A stretch of DNA of 64,000 nt, taken from assembly GCA_965228855.1 (NCBI GenBank), contig CBDDIJ010000003.1, positions 1,440,001-1,504,000 of the forward strand, given 5' to 3'. Numbering within the stretch: position 1 is the stretch's first letter; each line of letters begins with the position of its first letter. The notes below the pieces were generated by a model, which was given only the letters and a program-made list of their open reading frames with translations, did not search any database and was not told where the DNA came from. The position numbers and the translations under genes are program-made. This document shows, piece by piece, positions 40,201 through 55,200 of the stretch. The DNA is from Candidatus Obscuribacterales bacterium. GTDB taxonomy: Bacteria; Cyanobacteriota; Vampirovibrionia; Obscuribacterales; Obscuribacteraceae.

Positions 40201-43200
40201 TGTAAACGTTGGCACCGGTGATCGAGTTGGTGTTCTCAAGCACATTGGTGGTGATGAAGATATCGCCGAGCGATGTGATGTCACCATTGGTGGTGAACGG
40301 ACTCGATTTGACACCGATACTGATTCCGGCGTCAGCGGAGATATTTCCGTTTGCCGTTACCGATTCACCTGTGAGGACCAAACCGCCTGTCAGGTCAATA
40401 GGAGCATTGATGGTCAAGTTGTTGAGCGCATTTAAGCTCAGGCTCTGAGCTCCGGTTGCGGAGATGTCGGTGCCTGCCGTGAGGATGACATCGAAGCCAT
40501 CGATTTGAGTGTCGACGCCGTTCAAGGAGATGGAACCGTTGGTCGCTTCGACAGATACGTTACCGAGCGTGCCAATTGCGTTGATTCCAGGATTGAAGAC
40601 GACGTTGGTTACTGCCAGAACGTTGATGTCGCTCAAACCGCTGAGAGCGTCATTGAGGACAACTTCGCCGGTAGTAGCGGTGATGTTCATGACACCGGTA
40701 CTGATGACGTCGCCACCGGTTGTGACGTTGCCACCCGAGATGTCAGTCGTGCCACCAGAGGTGACATTGTTGGTTCCGAACACTACATCGCCAGCGAGTG
40801 AAACGATCGACATGTTACTGCCGCTGCTCACAGCGCCTGCTCCACCGATTAGGATCGAGCCCACTGCGAAGAGGTCGAGTGTGCCAGCAGAGTTTATGCT
40901 CGTACCAGCGAGGGTCGAGATCACATCAGCTGAGTCGATGTCGATGTTGCCACCAGTTGTGGTGAGGCTAGCGTTGATGAGTACGTCAGCTCCACCGACA
41001 CCGTTTTGCGCGATGGTGATATTGCCGCCGGCATTGAGGGCTCCGCCGACTGTGATCGAGTTGGTGCCTGCGTTGGTCAACGAGATGCCACTCGACGTGG
41101 TGACTGCTGCACTGATTGAGATGCCTTCAGCACCGATGCTGTTCTGGATGAGGGTCAACGCACCTATCGACATTGCCGAGTTGACGTCAATTGTGCCGTT
41201 GTTAACCACGAACAGATTTTGGTTTGCTCCGGTTACGGTACCGATCGCAAGGTCACCCGTGTTGTTTTGGATCGCAACTGCACCGTTTGATGTCGAGTTG
41301 AGATTGAGAACGTTGGAGCTGACCACAGTGGTGTTGCCGTCGCCAGCGTTTACGTTCAATGTGTCAGCGGTGAGCGTGCCATTTACATTGATGGTGTCAA
41401 CTGCGGTGAGCGCGCCGAGCAGGGTTGCCGTCGCATCGCCAGCATTGAGGTCGCCGGATACGAGGATGCTGCCTGCCGTTGCGGTTCCGAAGTCGATAGA
41501 GCCGGTTCCAAACATCTCGCCGTTACCGATGAGCACTTGTCCGTTCACTACCGAAGTTCCGACTGCGAGGCTTACATTGCCAGAGCCGATGGCGCTGGAG
41601 TTGATGTTGCCATTAACAGTGATTCCGTTTTCACCGGTCACAGTGACGTTGCCGCCTGCTCCGAGTGCTGCGCTGGTGTCGACATTGTTGAGTTCGACCG
41701 ATCCGCCGCTAGCAGCTGCGAATACATTGCCGCCGTCTCCTAATATTCCGGTTGAGGCAGTCGTGATGTTGGTGGTGCCGAGTTGAATCGAGCCGCCAGT
41801 GCCTGAGTTACCAGTGATTGTGTAGAGGACGCTGTCAGGTCCAACTTGACCCAAGGTTGCGGGTGTGAAGTCGAAGCCTGCGAGGAGCGTGAGTGAACCG
41901 CCGTCGCCGCCTGCATTAGAGAGGTCGATTACGGTGATGCCGTTTTCAATGATGCTGCCGCTCGCGATGATTGCGAGGTCTAGACCAGTGAAGATGAGGT
42001 CGCTTGTGAGCAGAACGTCGCCGTTGCTGTTCGCGATGGTGCCAGCACCGAGCGGGCAGTTGAAGTAGATCGGGTTACCGATCAAGATGCCTGCGAGGTT
42101 CAGGTTGCAGGTGTTCAAGGTGATTGAACCGGTTGCTTCAACGTCAGCCGTTGCAAGAACGTTGATTGCGAAACCGACACCGCTGCTGAATGTCGCATTA
42201 CCAGTGATGTCTTGAATTCCATCGAGGTTGAGGTTCTGGAATGCAGAGAAGTTGGTGCCACCAGCGAATGCGACCCAGTTGCCGCCAGCTCCACCGTCGA
42301 CGGTGAGGTCACCGGTCAACGATTGGATGGTGATGGTCGTTGCAGTCTGAGTGTTCTCGTTGAGAACGTTATCAGCGGTCACTGTGAGGTTGGTTGCTGC
42401 AGCCGAGTCGCCGCCGAATACAAACTGACTGGAGTCAGCAGCGTCGATGACGAGCGAGTTGCCGGTTGAAGCCTGGAGGGTCACGATTCCGGTTTCGTTA
42501 GATGTGATTGAAGCATCCTTGAGACCGACAACAGTGATTGATTGGTCAGCACCGTTATTGGTGGTATCACTGATGGTGACGGTTCCGCCAGCGAGACCGA
42601 TGTAGCCGACGGTCAGGTCAGGAGTCGTGATGGTTCCGCCTGTTTGAAGAATATCGCCGGAAGCGAGGAACGAAGCACTCGTACCAGCAGAGATGTTGAC
42701 GTTCATTCCGATGTTGCCATCAGTTGAGAGCGTTAGCGTATCCAGGTTGAGTGCCTGCGCTACATCGATATCGCCTGCGGTGACTTGACCAGCGCTTACC
42801 GTGAGGTCAGCGATGTTGGTGATGGTACCGATGGTGATTCCGGTTTGTTCGTTGATCGTGAGTGCTCCTCCGACCGAACCGGCCGCAGTCACTGTGTCGA
42901 TTGCAGTCGTGAGAGTCACGTCACCGGTCTGCCACGTGAGATTCAATGTACCTTCGCCACCGAAGACGTTGGCCGCGCCCTGGGTGATCGTGTTGTCAGC
43001 TACGAGATTCGCGACATTTGTCACGTTCACGTTGCTATTGAGGTTGATTGAACCGCCAGTGGCCGTCAGGTTCAGGTTGGTGACGGTGAAGTCGACAGAT
43101 GTTTCGATATCACTTGCAGCCGTGACTGTAAGCGAGTTGAGAACGATTCCGCCGAGAACAATGTCGCCGGTCTGATCGATTGTGAGGCTATTGCCAGCCG

Positions 43201-46200
43201 ATGTTGCGACCAGGTAGTCAACACTCGTGTCGAGCGTGACAGCGCCTGTACCCCATGTGAGGATCAAGCTACCCGTCTCGATGACGCCTGCGGTCTGGGT
43301 CAGGGTTCCGGATGCTGTGAGTTCTGCGGACAACGAGGTGATGCCAGCGTTGAGGATGATATCGCCAGCTGCATTGTTGAGAACAAGCGGACCTGGAACT
43401 GTGAGCGGATTGACCACGATGAGGTCACCAGCGGTGGTGAGACCAGCGTTAACGGTCAATGCGTTGAGGTTGATGTTGAGGATATTGATTCCGCCAGCAT
43501 TGTTGATGGTCAGGTCCTGACCGGCAGCGTTGGCATTGAGGTTATTTGCTGCAGTGTCTAACTCGACTGCTCCGGTGACCCAGGTCAGATCGAGAGTATT
43601 TGCAGAAACGGTTCCCGTGTTCTGGGTGATTGTTCCACCAGCATTCAAGATGGCTGTGGCGACGGCGGATACATCACTACCGAGAATGATGTCGCCAGTA
43701 GCGTTGAGAGCGAGATTGCCGGTAAGCGCCGAGATTGCATTCGGGAATGATGCGCTCGTCGAGATGTTTCCACCAGCATTGATGGTCGCTGCGCCTACGA
43801 GCAGGTTAACGATGTCGATGCTGGTTGCTTCATTGATGGTGAGCGAGTTGGTTCCGCCATTGGCACTGAGTGAATTGACTTCGGTCGCGAGTGTGACGTT
43901 TCCTGTGCCCCAGAGGAGGTTCAGTTGGTCAGCGGTCACGACACCAGCGTTCTGGGTGATCGTTCCGGATGCATCGAACGAGGTATTACCTGTGGTGGTC
44001 GTGCTCGCATTGAGGACGACGTCGCCGTTCAAGTCAACGAGTGACAAAGCATCTAGATTGAGTGCGTTTTGGACGAAGATGTTGCCTGCCGAGACGATGC
44101 CTGCAGTCACGTTAAGCGTGCCGAGGTTTTGTCCGAGCAAGGTGATCTCATTATTTTCGTTGATAGTCAGGGTTTGACCAGCAGCGTTGGAGGTCAGTGA
44201 CGTTACTGCAGTATTCAAAGTCACAGGACCGTTCACGAAGGTAACGGATAATGCACCACCCGCGACGGAGTTCGCCACGCCTTGGGTGATGGTGTCGCCT
44301 GCATTCAAAGATACAGAAGTAAGACCAAGTACATTGCCGTTGAGGTTTATGTTGTTGGTCGCGTCGAAGGAGACGATTGCTCCGTTAACAGCGGCCGTCG
44401 TGTTGATGTCGTCGCCGGCATCGACTGAGACAGTATTCACCGCTGATGTCAATGCATTGATGTTGACGTCACCACTTGTGGTGGTCAAGGCAATGTCGTT
44501 TGCTGCCACAGCAGCATTGATGTCGATGTTATTTCCAGCATTGACGGTGAAGCTGTTCGTAGCGCCCGACGCTGCGTCGATGGTCACGTTACCGGTGTTA
44601 GCGGTGAGGGAAACCACAGGAGCGCCGATGGTGGCATTGACGTCGATGTTGTCACCAGCGACAGCGGTTAGGCTGGTAGTGCCGAGGACGCTCGCGTTGA
44701 AGTTGATGTCACCGGTTGCGTCAAAGGCGAGAACTGTTCCGGCTATCGGCGCGTTGACATTGATGTCATCTCCGGCAGTGACGGTGACGTTCGTCGTCGA
44801 AGTCGTGGGACCGTTGAGGTTTACGTCGCCGAGTGTGGAGGTAAACACAATGTTGTTGCCTGCTACCAGACCTGACGTGCTGAGATCGTTGTTGGCGAGG
44901 ATGTCGATGGTGCCACTAGCGGTAGCTCCGGAGACGTTCACCGTGTTGGGGTCTTGATAGAAGACAGAGCCAGCTGCGTTGAAGCTAATGCTAGCCGCGT
45001 CGAGTACCAGACGGTTGAATGTACCGGTACCGATGCTGCCACCTGTCGAGGTCAGGTTGATTTGCGGAGAAACCAACGCGGCGACGATGTTGGCATTGGT
45101 CATGGTCAGCGCTTGCGTCAGCGAGATGCTGTTGCCACCTGTGATGAGAGCGTTGATGAAGAGAGAGCCAGTACTTGCCGTCAAGACAACGTCCGCAGCG
45201 GTGATGGTTCCGGTGGTCGAGAGGTTCGAACCAGCGGTGACGCTGAAGGTGTTTAGTGCGTTTGATGTACCACCGCCGATGGTGATGTTGTTTGCATCGT
45301 TAACGAATACGTTGCCGTTAAATGCGTTAGCGGTGAGGTTGAGAGCATCGATGTTGAGCGGATTGACGCTCGTACCGATGTTGCCGTTGTCGGAGGTCAA
45401 GTTGATCTGATCCGAAACAACGTTAACCACTGCAGCATCAGTGATGTCGCCACCAGAACGGAGGCTTACGCTGGTCGTACCGTTGATCAAAGCACCGAGG
45501 GTCAGCGTTCCGGCGGTTGCTCTGAGGCTAACGTTGTTGGCAGAAACTATTCCATCATTAGTGATGTTCTGAGCAGCCACTAAGTCGAAGTTGTTGGCTG
45601 CGCTCGATGAACCAGCTCCGAGGTTAACGGAATCGGTATCCAAGATGTAGACCGAGCCGTTAGCTGCGTTGGCCGTCAGGTTGTCGGCGTCGAGTGTGAG
45701 TCTCGAGGTCGGGCTCGTACCGATATCACCATTGTCGGAGATCAAATTGATAGTTCCACCAGCACCAGTGGTGATGGTTGTGAAGTTGAGATTAGTCATT
45801 CCGTTGAAGGAACGGAGGGTTACAGAGGTCGTGCCGTTTACGTTAGCGCCGAGTCCGAGTGAACCGGTTTGAGCACGGAGAACGACGTTGTTACCGGTGA
45901 TAGAACCAGTTGAGGTTAAGTTGTTGGTTGCGAGCACATCGAAGATGCCGCCGGCAACACCACTAGTGATGTTGACCGAGTTGCTGTCAGTGACGAAAAC
46001 GTCATTCGCTGCTGTGACGCTAAGGTTAACGGCATCAACATTAAGTCTGTCGCCCACTGAACCGATGTTGTCACCGGAGATCAATGTGATTAATGGTGCG
46101 CTCAAACCACCAACGATTGTCGCATTGGTGATGTCATCGGCAGAATTTACGAGAACACTGGTCGTACCGGTCGCTTGTGCGTTGAGTTGAACGCCAGCAT

Positions 46201-49200
46201 TATCAGAGATGAGCTGTACGACACCGCCGTTAACTGCGGCATTAACAGTTACTGCTTGGTCGGCCGCGATCTGAAGTAATCCGGTCGAAGTAATCACGCC
46301 TCCAATTGTCGCGCTACCGACGTCGCTGGTGAGGATCACGTTAGCAGCAGTGATACTGCCGGAAGTCGTGAGGTTACCCACTGAAGCGACAACATCGAAT
46401 GTGCCGCCCGCAGATGAAGAACCAGCGCCGATGTTGACACCGCCCGAATTGTCTTCGACGAAGACACTGCCGGCTGCGTTAGCTGTCAGATTGGTCGCAT
46501 CAATGATGAGACGGCTACCTGCGTTTGTTCCGATGTTGCCATTGTCTGAGATGAGGTTGACTTGCGCTGCGGTCACATTAGCTGGTCCACCAAGGCTACC
46601 AGGTGCTATGTCGCCGGCAGCACGGAGAGTGGCGGAGGTCGTGCCGCTTACGGCTCCGTTGAGTGTGAGTACCCCGGTCGCTCCACCTGCACGAAGAACG
46701 ACGTCATTGGCAGATATCGAAGTGGCTCCATCGACAGTAAGATTGCCGTTGGCGTAAACATCGAAGGTCTGTCCGGCGAGGCTGAGACCAGTGATGTTAG
46801 CGATGGTGACGGCATTTGCATCTGCAATCCAGACGTTGCCGTTAGGCGCGGTCGCTTGCAGGAGGTTCGCATCGACAACGAAAGGCGACAATGCGCTGGT
46901 TCCGATGTCTCCGTTGTTGGAATTGAGGTTAATGCTGCCACCGTTCGAGACAGAAGCCCCGATTCCAGTTGTGAGGTCACCATCGGCCGACATTGCGATC
47001 GCAGCGGTCGCGGTAACGTTCGCGCTGATAGCAATTTGCCCGCCAGCACCATTAGCGGTGAAGGAAAGCAATCCATTCGCGGCGACCTGGTTGTTGATGA
47101 GGATATCGCTGCCAGCGCCGGTCGCGGCGAGGGTTAGCGATCCGGTGTTGAGCGTTCCACTATTGCTGATGTCGCCGTTTGCGGTGACGTCGAATGCTCC
47201 ACCCGAGGTGTTTGCGCCGCTGAAGTTGACGCCACCGGCTGTGTCATTGATGAACACTCCACCAGTAGCGTTTACCGTCAAATTGGTTGCGTTGAGGTCG
47301 AGCCTCGTAGCAGCGTTCACACCGACGTCGTTGTTGGTCACGAGGGTGATTTGCGGAGCGGTGAGACCGCCGCTGATGCTTGCATTAACGATGCTGTCAT
47401 TGGAAGTGATCGAGATGCTGGTCGTGCCGGTGGTGGCTCCACCGAGCGTCACGCCGCCAGCGGTTGCGATATAAGCGACATTATTGCCACTGACTGCTGC
47501 GTTTGTGGCTATGTCGTTAGCGGCAGTAAGAGTAGCATCACCAGTTGCAGTAACCGCAGCGTTCGTCGTGAGGTTGTTAGCAGCTGTGAGGTTCACGGTG
47601 GTGGCAGAGATCGCACCGGATGTGGTGAGGTCTGCAGCGCCAGTCGTCAGAACATCAAATGTGTTTAGAGCCGACGAAGTTCCTGCTCCTAAATTTACGG
47701 TTGATGCAGTAGTGAGGAATACGGAACCGGCAGCAGCGTTCGCAGTGACGTTTGCAACACCGAGACCGATGTCGAAACGGGAGGCTGTGCTAGCACCGAT
47801 GTTGCCGTTGTCGGAGATGAGGTTGAGAGTAGGTGTCGTGAAGGTGCCACCAACTTGTCCGTTGAGGAGCGACTGACCAGCGCGGAGCGTGACGCTCTGA
47901 CCGGCAGTGTTAGCGGTGATTGCCCCAGCAGTGTTGATCGAACCAGCGGTCGCTCTGAGAAGAACTGAACCAGTGGTCGATGTGATCGTGCTGCCAGCTG
48001 CAGTGCTCAAGTTGTTGGCTGCAGCGATATCGAAGTTTCCATTGCTGGCGTTGGTGGCGCCAACGATAGTCACGTCATTAGCATCAGTGATCCAAACGCT
48101 GCCGTTTGTAGCCACAGCATTGAGGTTGTTGGCATCAATGTTGAGTCTCGAAACAGAGCTAGAACCGATGCTGCCGTTGTCCACGTTGAGATTGAGTCTT
48201 GGAGTGGTGAGCGTTGCGCCACCGAGATTCGCGTTGGTGATCGAGTTGTTCGAACGCAGTGAGATCGAGGTGTTGCCGACGATCGTGCTGTTCAAGAAGA
48301 AGGAGCCGAAGGTGCGCAAGGAAACGTCTTGAGCTGTGATCGTCCCACTCGATGAGATATCGCCACTTGCGGTCAAATCGTAGGCAGCAACTACTACGGA
48401 CGAACCAGGTCCGATGTTCACGTTGTTCACATCATTAAGGTATGCGTCACCAGCGGTCGCGTTTACAACGAGGTTGTTGGCGTCAACTTGGAAGCGGCTT
48501 GCAGCGCTGGTTCCAACACTTGCAGCGTCCGAAGTGAGGTTGACGGTTCCACCGTTGACTTGACCAGCACCAGCAGTGGTGATGGCGCCATTACCGCGGA
48601 TGGTCGCTGTCGCAGTGCCGGTGACGAGGTCATTGAGCGTGACCGTGGACCCGGTTGAACGAAGAACGACGTCATTAGCAGTGACGGTTGCTCCAGCATT
48701 GTTGCTGACTGCACCGTTAGCCTGGAGGTCGAAGGTGTTTGCGGCACCCGAGTTTGCCGAGATGGCGACGCCACCTGCGGAGTCATTAATGAATGCAGAA
48801 CCAGCTTGTGCATTTGCAACCAAGTTAGTCGCATTTACATTGAGTCTCGAAGCCGAGCTGTTTCCGATGTTTCCGCCAGCGCTATACAACGCGACGTTAG
48901 TACCGACTAGTGAACCGCTACCGTTGATACTGCCATTCGCAGTCGCGGTGATTTGATTGGTTGCGGTTACGGCATTGTTCACCGCGATTGCATCAGCTGA
49001 ATTGAGGGTTACTTGATCTGCGGAGTTAATTGTTCCGTTGATGGTCAGGTCGCTTCCAGCCAAAGTGGTGGAAAGTTGAACTACGTCAGCAGTCAGGTTG
49101 CTCGTATTAGCAACAGTGAGATTGCCACCTACGCTTACATCGAGATCGCTGCCCGTTCCACTCATTGAAATTGAAAGTTGTCCTGCGCCGGTTCCGAGAG

Positions 49201-52200
49201 TGAGATCAGATGAACCGGTGCCGATTATCGAAACAGTTCCTCCAGCTCCACCTACTCCAGCGAGTGATTGAAGGGTGGCTGCTCCTCCGCCGGTGACGAG
49301 ATAACCTGCCGCGGTGAGACTGATGTCACCAGCCGCATTGCCTGCGCCGGCGCCGTTGACGGAGTATGTTCCTGATGCAAGGCTTATAGTGCCTTGATCT
49401 GCATTGAGGCTAAGTGATCCGCCCGCACCAGCAGTGGTGGTGATGGACAGTCCAGCAACGGTTCTGATGCCGGTTGAACCGAGGTTGGTTACGTTGATCG
49501 TGCCACCAGGTCCCGTGGTCCCACCGTTCGCCAATAAGCCTTGAGCGAAGTTTGAACCGGCGAGGACACCGATATCGAACACGTCGCTGCCACTGGCCGA
49601 GATATTGATTGAGCCAGCGTTCGTTGTAGCTGTACCGCTGACATTGACGATTCCGAGTCCTACGTTTGCAAGGCTGTTGACCTGCACTGCGCCACCACGG
49701 TTCGTCATGTTGCCGATTCTTATGTCAGCCGCGGTAAGTGCGCCGCCTTCGAACTGACCAGAGTACGACGCGTCGTTGGCAATTACTTGTCCAGATTGAG
49801 GAGTAGCTGATTGGATGATAGTCGAAGCTCCAGCTGCGCCATTTGTCGCAGTGGATTGTGTGATTGAGCCGATTTGAACGGCTTGACCGGAGACGGCACC
49901 TGCTACGACGAATACGTCGCCGCTGGCATTAGCGGCACTGCCGGTTGATACGATTCCCGAGGTTACAGGCAGAAGTACTTGACCGCCGCTGAAGCCATTC
50001 GAGAATGCTGAAAGTGTGATATCGCCACCGGTGCCATTTGCACCGTTGGCGGTAATGTTGCCGAAACCGGCTACGGCAGTTAAGAGGATAGAACCGCCAG
50101 TGACGGAGGCACCATTAATGGTGACGCTCGTTGCAGGAACTTCAGTAAAGTCGGCACCGGCAACCATGGTGATGTTGCCGCCATCAGTAACGCCATTGCC
50201 GTTGATGGTGATTCCACCAACTGTGTTCTGGATGTTTTGTCCTGCTACGACGGTAATGCCGTCATCAGCAACGAGGCTGCCGCCGAGGTTGACGTTGATT
50301 GCGGCGGTCATGACGATTGGGTCAGCTGTCAGCGTTCCGAGAACGTTGATGTTAGCTCCCGAGTACAAGAAGATGTCGCCAAGAGTGGTCGTCGTTCCGA
50401 TGTTTATGTCGTTGTCGGAAACGATGATTACGTCGTCACCTATATTGATGGTGCCGATGGTGGTTTGTCCGCCCGAGTTTACGTTGAGCATTCCGCCAGT
50501 AGTGGTGACTGTGGTGATCGTAGTGTCATTGCCGGAATCGATGTCGATGTTTCCGGTCGTGGTCGTGATCGTGGTGACCGTGGTGTTATTGCCCGATTGG
50601 ATGTCGACACCACCGGCAGTGGTCTGAAGATTGCTAGCACTTGTGTTGTTGCCAGCGACGATAACTAGCGTGCCAGTTGTGAGGTTCGCGTTCTGGAGCG
50701 TTACATCGCCTGTGGTTCCTTGTATAAGGATGTTGCCAGTCCCACCATCGATGTCGCCAGTCAATGTCGTGCTGTTGCCGGAGACAACTGAAACCTGGAA
50801 AGGACCAGGGTAAACAGGGCTACCAGCAGCATTGTTGATACCGGCGATTGTTGCGTTCGTTCCGGAATTAACTGCAATGGTACCGGTGTTGGCGAGAACT
50901 CCGAGGTTGCTTGTGGTTCCTGCATCTACATTAATGTTTCCTGCTCCTGCGGTGACAGTTCCGAGTTGAACGCTCGTAACGGCATCGACGTCGACTGAGC
51001 CGCCGCTTGTTTGGAGGTTAGCAATGGTTACTGTAGAACCACCGGCATTTGCGGTGATGCCGCCGCTCGTGGTTGTGATGTTTCCGGTCACATTGATGAA
51101 ACCAGCAGTACCCGTCAATGTTGCGCCGAGATCTGCGTTGATTGCACCTGGAACAACTATGTTAGTTCCAGCAAGAATATTGAGAGCACCAGTCGTCGTG
51201 GCAGCAGCGATGTTAGCCTGACCTGCAGTATCAATGTCGATACCGGCGGCGCCGGCTGTGAGATTTGAAGTCTGAACCGATGTTGTGGTCGCGCCACCAA
51301 CATCAATTAATCCAGCACTGTTGATAGTGCCGGTTGAAATTGCTCCGCTCGTGGAATTAATAACTACAGAGGAGGCTGGACCGCCGATGTTCAATGTAGT
51401 TACACCAGTGTTGCCATCGATGGTTACTGCACCAGTAGTGGTGACATCACCCAAGTTCACTGTGGTCGTAGCATCAACATCGACACTGCCGTCAGCTGCG
51501 TCGATTGTGCTTGCTACAACGCTGCCGCCGGTTGCCGTGAGCACTACCGAACCACCAGCGGTCGTAGTGACGGTTCCAACTGAAATTGAAGCCGCATCGG
51601 CATCTACGCTTAAACCAGCCAAGTTGCCTGTAGTGATTGATGTGGTGGCATCTAAATTAATTCCGCCGACCGATGTAATCGTGCCGCCGTTAACTTGACC
51701 GCCAGTTGCGTTCAGCAAGACCGAACTCGTCGGTCCCCCGATAGTTAAGTAAGAGATACTGGCGCCGTTTGCTGCGACTGAACCAGTGGTTGTAATCGCT
51801 CCGGTTACGCCGATTGCCGCACTACCATCAAGAGTTATTGCTCCAGCATTGGCAGAAAGCGCACCAGCTACCGTTATAGATGTAGTTCCGGCGTTACCAA
51901 GATCGATATCACCATTTGTGGTGATTCCTGCGGTGTTGATGGAACCGGCTGTATTGCCGATAGTCAGGCTGGCTGCGTTACCAGTGACTGCGCCAACCAA
52001 GGTTACGTTCGTGCCGGCGTCGATGGTGTATGCGCCGCCATTGAGTGCATTGATACTGGCGATTTGAACTGCAGTACCGGCGTCAATGTCGATATTTCCA
52101 CCGTTTGTTTGCAATGCACCTGTGGTGATTGTTGTGCCACCAGGAGCAGTGTTGAGATCTATTGTTCCGCCAACCGTTGTGACCGCTCCTACGTTGATGG

Positions 52201-55200
52201 AGGAATTTACGGAGTCGATAGCGACACCAGTATTGCCGGAAGTGGCACCGCTAACGGTGACAGCTTGACCAGCATCGATATCGACAGCACCAGTTGTTGT
52301 GATGCTGGTCGCTTGAACAGTTCCGGTTGTATCGAGGTCTACGAGACCGGCTCCGGAGTCGACTGCACCGACTGAGATGGACGTTGTTCCAGCTCCGCCT
52401 AAATCTACAAGACCGTTGGTAGTGATGTTACCGGCCTGAATTAGTCCATTTGTATTGTTTACTACCAGACTCGTGGCAGAACCAGTGATGTTGTTGGTCA
52501 CAGTAACGCTCGTGCCTGCGTCAAGAGTGACTGTGCCGCCTGCTGTTGCAGCAATACTATCAATCAATAGGGCTGTACCGGCATCAATGTTGATGTTTCC
52601 ACCTGCCGTTTGAAGTGCGCCGGTAGTGATCGTCGTACCAGTTCCGTTGCCGAGATCAATTAGACCACCGGTCGTTGTGATTGAACCGGTTTGAATTAAA
52701 CCTGAGGTGTTCGTGTAGGTGACGCTACCGCCAGCATTCGAACTGGTCGCTCCAGTGACGGTGACGCTGGTACCGTCTACGGTGATGGCGCCTGCTCCAG
52801 TCTTTGTGATTGCTGCGACCGTTGCAGTTCCGCCAGCATCTACATCGACAACGCCAGCGACTGTTGTGATGGTCCCGACGTTAACAGTTCCTGATGCGTC
52901 TACATCAATAGTTCCGTCTGCGTTGGTGAGGTCGCCGAGAGTCAGGTTACCCGAATTCGCTGAAATATCGATCTGAGCGGTACCAGTACCACCAGTGATG
53001 TTGCCCAAAGTGACGGCACCATTTGCGGTGGCGGTGAAATTCTGTCCGCCCAGTGTGTAGTTACCACCACCGAGAATGTCGGCGTTACTCGTGAGTACGA
53101 GGTCATAAGCGCCTGCTGTTGTTCCAGGCGTACCGGATAGGTCCTGAGATCCTGCGTTAGTGATAGTTCCTGAACCACCAACTCCAGATGTGCCGATATT
53201 TAGCGCTGTCGCGATGATGTCACCCAATTCGGTGGCATCTATGTTTAGAACTCCAGCGCCGCCGTTCAAACCGATAGTCGTTCCTGCGGTTCTAGTGGTG
53301 ATCGTCAATGCGTTGCTGCCAACGCTGAATGTGCCAACAGTTGTTGAATAGGCATCAGTTGTGATGCTTACGTTACCGACACCTGTTTTTGTGAAATTGC
53401 CGGTGCCCAGGTTGACTGTGAATGAACCACTGGTGAAGGCTGTTGCCGTGGTTGAGAAACCGCCGTTTCCTGTTGATGTATTTACATTGAATGAACCGCT
53501 ACCAGCATCGACAGATGAGGCTGTGAGTGATACATCGCCACCAGCGTCAACGGTCACGTTGCCACTCGCTGTGGTGAGGGTTCCAGCGCCAAGGTTGATA
53601 GTGACATCGTTTTGCGAGTCAACATCGACAGCGCCACCGGCAGTGCTGATGCTGCCTGCCGTGATATAGGCGTCTGCTGCGACATTGGCCGAGTTAACGG
53701 TCAATGCACCACCACCTGTGCTTATCGCACCGGTGCTGGCGATTCCGCTCGTTCCGTTATTACCGCTGACAGTCACTGAACCGTTGGTAGTTGTGACACT
53801 AGCGGCTGAAAGTGTAGCGGCCAATCCATTTGAATCAATATTGATCAGACCATTACCAGTCGAGAGTGCTCCAGTCAGGGTCACGGCGACTGTGCCGGTT
53901 TCACCGAGGATGGAGACGTCACCACCGGTTGTGGTGATTGCTGCGCCTGTGACGGTCGTGTTTACAGCATTTGCTCCACCGCCGATCAATATGTCACCGG
54001 TCGCGCTGGTGGTCGTCATGGAACCTACGCCCATTGTGACGGTGGTATTACTGGTGTTGGAAGTGATTGTTATTGCGCCTGTTCCGCTGTTAATGCCAGC
54101 AGCACCGTCTGTTGTAACGGCAACAGCTCCGGCGCCGATGATGTCCAGGTCTCCGTTAGCGGTATCTATGCTACCAGCAAAGACAGTGGTCGTTGATGTG
54201 GTGCTCTGGATAGTGAGAGCGCCAGTAGTGGTAGTGATTGCCCCAGCGCCGGCGTCGACATCGACGGCGCCATCGCCTGTGATGTTGAGAGCGCCACTGG
54301 TTGCAATGCTGTTTGCATTTACGTCAACAGTCGAACCGGTGCTCGTGATCGAGAGAGCGCCAGTGCTCGTGAGTCCTGCAGCGCTCGAGATCGCAATCGC
54401 ACCATCGGCTGAATGCGTTCCGTTGATCGTGAGACCACCGGTGCCGGCATCGATCGTTTCAGTGCCAGAAGTTGTGACAGCTCCGATTGCGGTGCTTCCA
54501 GCGGTGACGGGATTTACAAGAATATCGTATGAACCGGTCGCTGTTCCGTTTACCGCGTAGGTGACACCTGCACCGGCATCTGCATTCGTATTTCTGACTA
54601 GCACATTGCCGGAGGCCGCGCTACCCGTGGCAAGGACCGAGCCAAGCTGTATGTCGCCACCAGCGGAAACATTGATTGATCCGGCAGCGGCGGAGGTGTC
54701 ACCAGCGCTGCTGTTGATTGTGGAGCCGGTTGCGAGGGTGATGTCTCCTGCGACTCCGCCTACGGCGAAAGCAATCAGGTTAATTTCTCCACCAGCATTG
54801 CTACCAGTTCCGCTTGAACCGATAAGTAATGTCGGGGCACCGCCGGTGATGCTGCCGCCAGTGCCGGATGGACCGGTGACTAGGACGGAGCCCAGAGTAA
54901 TGGGAGTTCCTGGAGGCAGAGTGGTTGAAGTTCCACCAGTGGCACCAGAGGCATCTATCTGAGCACCCGCAACAAGGTTGATCTGCTGACCGACACCGCC
55001 ACCATCTTGTGCAGTGATTGATGTTACGGTGTTGTCAATGATGATGTCTCTTGACGCAATGATTGAAAGTGCTTCCGACGAAGTTATGTTGCCAGTGATC
55101 GTGATGTCACCATTTACGGCGTCGTTGTAGAAGGTCGGGTCGCCGGTCATGCAGATTTCGCCGAGCTTCAAATTCGCCGTAGACGCAGTGACGTGCGTTC

